This document shows positions 59,179 to 64,000 of a stretch of DNA of 64,000 nt, in pieces. The DNA lies in contig LCRO01000006.1 of assembly GCA_001004665.1 (NCBI GenBank), positions 444-64,443 on the forward strand, read 5' to 3'. The position numbers and the translations under genes are program-made. The stretch's first letter is position 1; each line of letters opens with the position of its first letter. Source of the DNA: Candidatus Adlerbacteria bacterium GW2011_GWA1_54_10 (GTDB lineage: Bacteria; Patescibacteriota; Minisyncoccia; Phycocordibacterales; SBAW01). The notes beneath the pieces are model-generated. The model did no database searches. It saw only the letters and a program-made list of their open reading frames with translations, and was not told the DNA's origin.

Positions 59179-59712
59179 ATGAAGTGGATTATCGTTGGCT
59201 TGGGAAATCCGGGCAAAGAATATTTCGGTACCCGTCACAATATCGGAAAAGAAGTTCTGGAGGCGCTAAAGGAGAAGCTGTCGCGGGATACAAAAATAGC
59301 GGAGCTCAATGTCTATATGAATAACTCGGGGGCGGCGATACGCAAAGCGGTCCCGTCAAAGAAGGCCGCGGAAAGGCTGATAGTCCTGCATGACGACCTC
59401 GACCTGCCGCTCGGCTCCGTAAAACTGTCCTTCGGCTCGGGCTCTGGAGGGCACAGGGGAGTGGAGTCTGTAATAAAAGCGCTCAAAACGCGGGATTTTG
59501 TCCGCGTCCGCATCGGCATCTCGCCCGCCACGCCCAAAGGCAAAGCAAGGCGCCCGGATCCGAAAAAAATAACGGATTTTGTTTTAGGAAAATTTAGGAC
59601 TCCTGAACTTGCGAAACTAAAAAAATCGAAAAAAACGGTTTTGGAGGCCTTGGAAATTTTGATGACAAAAGGCCTAAGCGCCGCGATGAATGAGATTAAT
59701 TCAAAACGCTGA
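59179..59712 (+). CDS. pth: Peptidyl-tRNA hydrolase
   Basis: VGLGNPG, TRHNIG, YMN.SG, HDDLD and GGH.G motifs. Confidence 0.95.
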   Translation: MKWIIVGLGNPGKEYFGTRHNIGKEVLEALKEKLSRDTKIAELNVYMNNSGAAIRKAVPSKKAAERLIVLHDDLDLPLGSVKLSFGSGSGGHRGVESVIKALKTRDFVRVRIGISPATPKGKARRPDPKKITDFVLGKFRTPELAKLKKSKKTVLEALEILMTKGLSAAMNEINSKR

Positions 59713-59723
59713 AAATCAAGGGT

Positions 59724-59751
59724 TTGACATTTAAAAACTTCAGAGTAGATT
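59724..59751 (+). promoter_or_regulatory. Putative sigma70 promoter of the ctrA-like gene
   Basis: TTGACA, 16-bp spacer, TAGATT. Confidence 0.55.
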
Positions 59752-59801
59752 CAGATTCAGAAGTTCGTCTAATTTTTTCTTGCAACGACTAGGGGGACCC
59801 A

Positions 59802-60581
59802 ATGCGCGTTCTTATGATAGAGCCGGACTCGGCGACGTCTCAATCTTTGGAATTGATGTTGAAGTCAGAGGACTTCAACGTCTACACGACCGGCCTCGGC
59901 GAGGAGGGGGTCGATCTCGCCAAGCTCTACGACTACGACATCATCTTACTCGATCTCAACTTGCCCGATATGTCGGGCTTCGAGGTGCTACGCTCGTTGC
60001 GCGTCTCGAAGGTCAAGACCGGGGTCCTGATCCTCTCCGGGCTCGCCGGTGTGGAGGACAAGGTCAAGGGTCTTGGCTTCGGCGCCGACGACTACATGAC
60101 CAAGCCGTTCCACAAGGACGAGCTGGTGGCGCGCATACACGCCATCGTGCGCCGATGCAACGGCCATGCCCAGTCGGTCATCCAGACCGGCGACCTCGTC
60201 GTCAATCTCGGCCAGAGGACCATCGAGGTGAAGGGAAAGAGAGTGCATCTCACCGGCAAGGAGTACCAGATAATGGAACTCCTCACGCTACGCAAGGGCA
60301 CGACAATCACCAAAGAGATGTTCCTCAACCACCTCTACGGCGGCATGGACGAGCCGGAGCTGAAGATCATCGACGTGTTCATCTGCAAGTTGCGCAAGAA
60401 ACTGCGCAAAGCCAATGAAACCGACCCGATTGGGACTATCTGGGGCCGCGGCTACGTTCTGCGTGACCCCGACAGGTCCGAGGCGGACCAGATAGTCGCA
60501 CCACCGCCGGTGCCAAACGGCGGAGTGTTCGAGGAGTTCGACAGGCCTGATTCTCTGGTGCGCAGGACACGTACAGTTTAA
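59802..60581 (+). CDS. ctrA: CtrA-like cell-cycle response regulator
   Basis: Signature strings 'FNVYTT.LGEEG.DL.KLYDYD', '[31 protein letters not shown]' and '[31 protein letters not shown]'. Confidence 0.93.
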   Translation: MRVLMIEPDSATSQSLELMLKSEDFNVYTTGLGEEGVDLAKLYDYDIILLDLNLPDMSGFEVLRSLRVSKVKTGVLILSGLAGVEDKVKGLGFGADDYMTKPFHKDELVARIHAIVRRCNGHAQSVIQTGDLVVNLGQRTIEVKGKRVHLTGKEYQIMELLTLRKGTTITKEMFLNHLYGGMDEPELKIIDVFICKLRKKLRKANETDPIGTIWGRGYVLRDPDRSEADQIVAPPPVPNGGVFEEFDRPDSLVRRTRTV

Positions 60582-60597
60582 CGTTTCAATATGTTAC

Positions 60598-60632
60598 GAC
60601 CGCCGCCGGGAGCAATTCCGGCGGTCTTTTTT
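60598..60632 (+). terminator. Intrinsic terminator
   Basis: gaccgccg...cggcggtc followed by TTTTTT. Confidence 0.8.
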
Positions 60633-60708
60633 GTTGTATAGGACGGTTTTGAATGTTATAGTGACAGAAGATGTTCGCTAACAGTCCATCAAACCCGAGG
60701 GGGATTCC

Positions 60709-61461
60709 ATGGATCAGAAAGTGCAAACCACCGAACTCCATTTCGGCGAGCGGAACGAGATCTCGTTCTTCCCGGAGAAGTGCGTCGTCATCTGCGGAGA
60801 CTCGACGGTGGCGCTCACTTCGCAGGAAAGCCTCTTCCTGCAGACAATCGCGGAGAATCGCGGGCGTATAACGAAAAAAGAGGAGATACTTCGCGTCTTG
60901 CATAAGCATAAGAGGCTCTCGAAAAAGAAGAAGCAATACGACGTGCTTGCCCACCGGACCCGCAAAAAACTCGGCAGGCAAGGCCAGCGTACACTTGTCA
61001 CGCATAAAGGTGGATACTCGCTGAGGATCCCCGAGGAAGAGTACTCGAGTAGCGTCCGTTTCGGGGACTTCCGGTACTTCCCAACCGTCGCGCTTGTGAA
61101 ATGCGCAGATAGGGAGCGCCGTCTTGCACCTGAGCGCAATGCGCTCCTGCGGGAGCTCGCAGAGTGCAAGGGAGAATTCGTCTCCAAGCTCGCACTCTTC
61201 CGCATAACCCTCGCCATGGGGCGAGGCCGGGCGAGGTCGAAGATGGTTGATGTGGTTTTGTGCCATCTGCGAGAGATACTCGACGATCTCTCGCACGACG
61301 GCGGCGATCACATCCACACCAAATGGGGGAGTTCCTACGGACTTTTCGAGGAGCGCCAACCGCGTCTGCATGCGGCCAAAAACCCGCGCGGTCCGCACAC
61401 CGGAATCCTCGAGCATATGGGGGCATTGCGAACCTTCATAATGTCCGAGGCGCGAGCGTAA
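60709..61461 (+). CDS. Tandem OmpR-type winged-helix protein without receiver domain
   Basis: Two repeats: 'LT.QE..L..RGRITKKEEI..YDV..HRTRKKL..T.KGGYSL' and 'LA.E..LL..KGE.VSK..KMVDVVLCHLRE.L..IHT.WG.SY.L'. Confidence 0.75.
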   Translation: MDQKVQTTELHFGERNEISFFPEKCVVICGDSTVALTSQESLFLQTIAENRGRITKKEEILRVLHKHKRLSKKKKQYDVLAHRTRKKLGRQGQRTLVTHKGGYSLRIPEEEYSSSVRFGDFRYFPTVALVKCADRERRLAPERNALLRELAECKGEFVSKLALFRITLAMGRGRARSKMVDVVLCHLREILDDLSHDGGDHIHTKWGSSYGLFEERQPRLHAAKNPRGPHTGILEHMGALRTFIMSEARA

Positions 61462-62492
61462 ATTTCGGTCTGGCGCATTAGCGTAGAACCGCCGGTCGTA
61501 ATGACCGGCGGTTTTTTTGTTTTTGACATGCCCTCCTCTATCGAGGCAAGCGCGCCGTGCTTGTTGAATTTTATTACCACGCCCTCGACCTTGTCTCCTT
61601 TATTGTACTTGCCCGCCGCCGTAAGCCACGGATTTTCCTTAAGCTGTTTTACCGAGAGCGATATCTTGCCTTCTTTAATGTCTATTATCTTTACTTTTGC
61701 CCTGTCGCCCACCTTAAAGAAGTGCCTCGGGTCGTCCACGAGTCCCCAATCTATCTCGGAAATATGGACGAGACCCTCTAGGCCTTCCTCAAGCTTGACG
61801 AAGACGCCGAAGTCCACCATGCCGGTTACCTCGCCCTCTACGGTGTCGCCAACTGAATAGTTGGCTATAAGCTCGCGCTTTTCTTTGTCGTCCTGCCCCT
61901 TCTCGCTGAAAATAAGCTTGCCTTCCTTGGGGGTCGCGCCGATCATCGTTACCACGAATTTCTCTCCGACAAGCTTACGCAGTTCCTCGAGAATTTTGTC
62001 CTTGTCACCGTCTGGTATGCGTGGATAGTGCTCGGGCTTCAATTGGCTCGCCGGGAGGAACCCCTGCAGGCCCTGCCATTCGAGTATCAGCCCGCCCTTG
62101 TTAGCCTCTTTGACCGCAAGCTCGAACTGCGCCTTTGTCTTGACCGCCTCCTCCGCCTCGGCCCACAGCAAGGCCTGTCGCGCCTCCTTGAGCGAAAGCT
62201 CGATATAGCCCTCCTTGTCCGTGCCTATTACCTTGGCGGCGACGACGTCTCCGATGTTGGTGCGCTTGATAACTTCGCGCGCGTTCAGGTACTCACGCCC
62301 GTAAATAACGCCGGTGCCCCATGGCGGCAAGTCTATATAGAGTTTTGCGCGGTCGAGCGCGAGGACCTTGCCCTCGACTATATCGCCCTCTTTGGGCGGC
62401 TCTTGCGCCTGCGCGGCAAGGGCCTGCATTACCGACTCGGGTACGTCGGCTACATTCAAAGACTCCTCTTTTTCGAGTTCAGCAGTTTGCAT
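61335..62492 (-). CDS. rpsA: Ribosomal protein S1; homology ends ~61530 and the ORF reads on into the CtrA cassette
   Basis: S1 repeats (GFLPASQL, FGVFV..EGLVHISEI); the last repeat stops at 'HGALASIEEG'. Confidence 0.88.
   Translation of the reverse strand: MQTAELEKEESLNVADVPESVMQALAAQAQEPPKEGDIVEGKVLALDRAKLYIDLPPWGTGVIYGREYLNAREVIKRTNIGDVVAAKVIGTDKEGYIELSLKEARQALLWAEAEEAVKTKAQFELAVKEANKGGLILEWQGLQGFLPASQLKPEHYPRIPDGDKDKILEELRKLVGEKFVVTMIGATPKEGKLIFSEKGQDDKEKRELIANYSVGDTVEGEVTGMVDFGVFVKLEEGLEGLVHISEIDWGLVDDPRHFFKVGDRAKVKIIDIKEGKISLSVKQLKENPWLTAAGKYNKGDKVEGVVIKFNKHGALASIEEGMSKTKKPPVITTGGSTLMRQTEIYARASDIMKVRNAPICSRIPVCGPRGFLAACRRGWRSSKSP
61487..61518 (+). terminator. Intrinsic terminator
   Basis: aaccgccggtc-gtaat-gaccggcggtt followed by a T-tract. 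Confidence 0.85.
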
Positions 62493-62685
62493 GTTTGGTT
62501 GTTGGACGGAGATCCCTGCGGGATTTACTTCCGCGCCATTAATAAAAGCCCGAAGCTCCTATTAACACTACTATATACAAAAGGGTGTTTGTTTGCAAAT
62601 TTTAAAAAAGTACCCCCTCACCATAGAGATGGTGAGGGGGCTTGGGCCCGAACGGGGACGCCAACAGGGTTCGGACCTTAGCTGG

Positions 62686-62919
62686 TTAAAATGTCGGCGG
62701 GCGGGCGCCGGGGATCTTCATCTCGGGCGGCTGGCGCCCGAGGTCGGCAGGACCTGCGCCGTTGCGCAGGCTGTCGGCCGGAGCCGGGTCGTTGAAAGTA
62801 GAAGACTGCATCTCCGGATGTGGAGCGCCCTTGGACGCGGGCAGTTTTCCATCCGCCGGACGGAAAGGCCTGGGATGTTTTAAGTTCCTATTTTCTTCGA
62901 CTTTGCTCTGACTTCTCAT
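62686..62919 (-). CDS. Small Pro-rich orphan protein (77 aa)
   Basis: SD GAGGAG 9 nt before the ATG; followed by the hairpin cccctcaccat/atggtgagggg and a T-tract on the minus strand. Confidence 0.5.
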   Translation of the reverse strand: MRSQSKVEENRNLKHPRPFRPADGKLPASKGAPHPEMQSSTFNDPAPADSLRNGAGPADLGRQPPEMKIPGARPPTF

Positions 62920-63036
62920 AGCCAGAATTCTCCTCAATTTGAAGTTGGAGGAAGTACTCGTCATCCTGCGCAGAACATGCGCGCAGGCACGAAAAACACC
63001 ATAGCACAAAAGGCTGATTTGTGCTAACATTAGAAG

Positions 63037-63654
63037 GTGGTAATCAGCTATTTAGGAGGGCAGTGCTTTAAGGTGAGTCGCGGCGATCTCACTATTTCTT
63101 ATAATCCACCCGGCAAGGAGTCTAAACTGGCCTCCGCGAAATTCGGCGCTGACATTGCGCTTATAAGTCTCGACCACGAGGACTTCAACGGCATAGAAAA
63201 CGCCTCGTACGGCGAGCGGGCGCCGTTCGTCATATCCGGTCCCGGCGAATACGAAATAAAAGGAGTCACGGTGCGCGGGTTCGGCGCGGAAACCGAATAT
63301 GGCGGGAAAAAAAGCATTAATACGATCTACAATGTTGCGCTCGAGGGCATGAATCTTTGCTTCCTCGGCGCGCAAAGCGCGTCCACGCTCCCGCAGGCGG
63401 CAAAGCAGGAGCTCGACGATATTGACATACTCTTCTTGCCCATAGGGGATGAAGGGGTGCTCGACTACGACGACGCGTACAAGCTCGCTGTACAATTGGA
63501 GCCGAAGGCGATCGTCCCGATGCACTACACGCAAGAGAGCTTGAAAAAGTTCATCAAGGAAGCCGGCGAGGAGACAAAACCGCAGGAAAAGCTTACGGTC
63601 AAAAAGAAAGACTTGGAGGGAAAGGAAGGAGAGATTATAGTGCTTACGCACTAA
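63037..63654 (+). CDS. Metallo-beta-lactamase-fold protein
   Basis: 'I.YLG..CF', 'GPGEYEIKG', 'DILFLP.G' and 'P..IVPMHY' motifs. Confidence 0.85.
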   Translation: MVISYLGGQCFKVSRGDLTISYNPPGKESKLASAKFGADIALISLDHEDFNGIENASYGERAPFVISGPGEYEIKGVTVRGFGAETEYGGKKSINTIYNVALEGMNLCFLGAQSASTLPQAAKQELDDIDILFLPIGDEGVLDYDDAYKLAVQLEPKAIVPMHYTQESLKKFIKEAGEETKPQEKLTVKKKDLEGKEGEIIVLTH

Positions 63655-63674
63655 GTATCAGGTATCAAGCAAGT

Positions 63675-63923
63675 ATGAAACGTTACCTGGAGCGCATGAA
63701 AAGCAAGGACCCGCATGAGCGGCGCGCGCACGCGATGCACATGGCCGGAGGGATGACGGCGATTATTTTTGTCGTGTGGCTTGCGACGCTTGGAGCGCGG
63801 CTTGCATCGGAAGACGGAAATCAGATAGCGGAAAACGGAGGAGAGAATCAAGTCGCAAATATTCTAAGCGGAATCGCGTCCGGAGAAAATCAGCTTTTTG
63901 TCGCGACATCGACTAGTTACTGA
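63675..63923 (+). CDS. Hypothetical membrane protein
   Basis: Basic N-terminus plus one TM segment. Confidence 0.6.
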   Translation: MKRYLERMKSKDPHERRAHAMHMAGGMTAIIFVVWLATLGARLASEDGNQIAENGGENQVANILSGIASGENQLFVATSTSY

Positions 63924-63925
63924 CA

Positions 63926-64000
63926 ATGGCGGACCGGAAAAGAGATAATCCGTCAACCGGCGGACGAGACGAAGAGGTCGCAGACGAAAGAGGCGGCATA
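63926..64000 (+). CDS. Start of an unidentified gene truncated by the window end
   Basis: ATG 2 nt after the upstream stop; open to the window edge. Confidence 0.4.
   Translation, partial: MADRKRDNPSTGGRDEEVADERGGI

Noticed and set aside
59690-59801. CtrA autoregulatory box TTAA-N7-TTAA
   Set aside because: Only single TTAA half-sites were seen.

Overview
This is a ~64-kb chromosomal segment from a small-genome Patescibacteria (CPR, Parcubacteria-like) bacterium using genetic code 11. The taxonomy is inferred from gene style and content, such as compact SD-less core genes and short RF2, ValRS and Pth. Core genes include prfB, ftsEX, pyrG, typA, rnj, secG, groES/EL, lemA/htpX, murJ, lepA, valS, tsaD, trxB, ftsZ/A, ybeY, lepB, pth and rpsA, plus eight tRNAs and RNase P RNA. 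A CsoR/CopA-type copper cluster and a sortase with its LPxTG substrate are also present. The accessory content is the interesting part. (1) A near-canonical alphaproteobacterial CtrA gene is followed by a tandem CtrA-like winged-helix gene, forming a self-contained cassette (59.7-61.5 kb). (2) A family of tRNA-targeting large-serine-recombinase islands or remnants sits at tRNA-Ser, tRNA-Gly, tRNA-Phe and the window start, with att sites inside the recombinase 3' end. (3) Two diversity-generating-retroelement (DGR)-type target genes are associated with those elements: one lies between perfect 46-bp inverted att-like repeats and the other is fused to an Avd remnant. No RT or TR is visible in the window. 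(4) There is an array of operator-like modules, each with a different core. (5) Structured palindromic mini-elements showing covariation lie between genes and in frame inside core genes. (6) An FNR-PAS-histidine kinase fusion follows tRNA-Arg. Several conserved genes carry stops or internal deletions, so local assembly error is a real caveat throughout. All calls come from reading motifs by eye; no searches were run.
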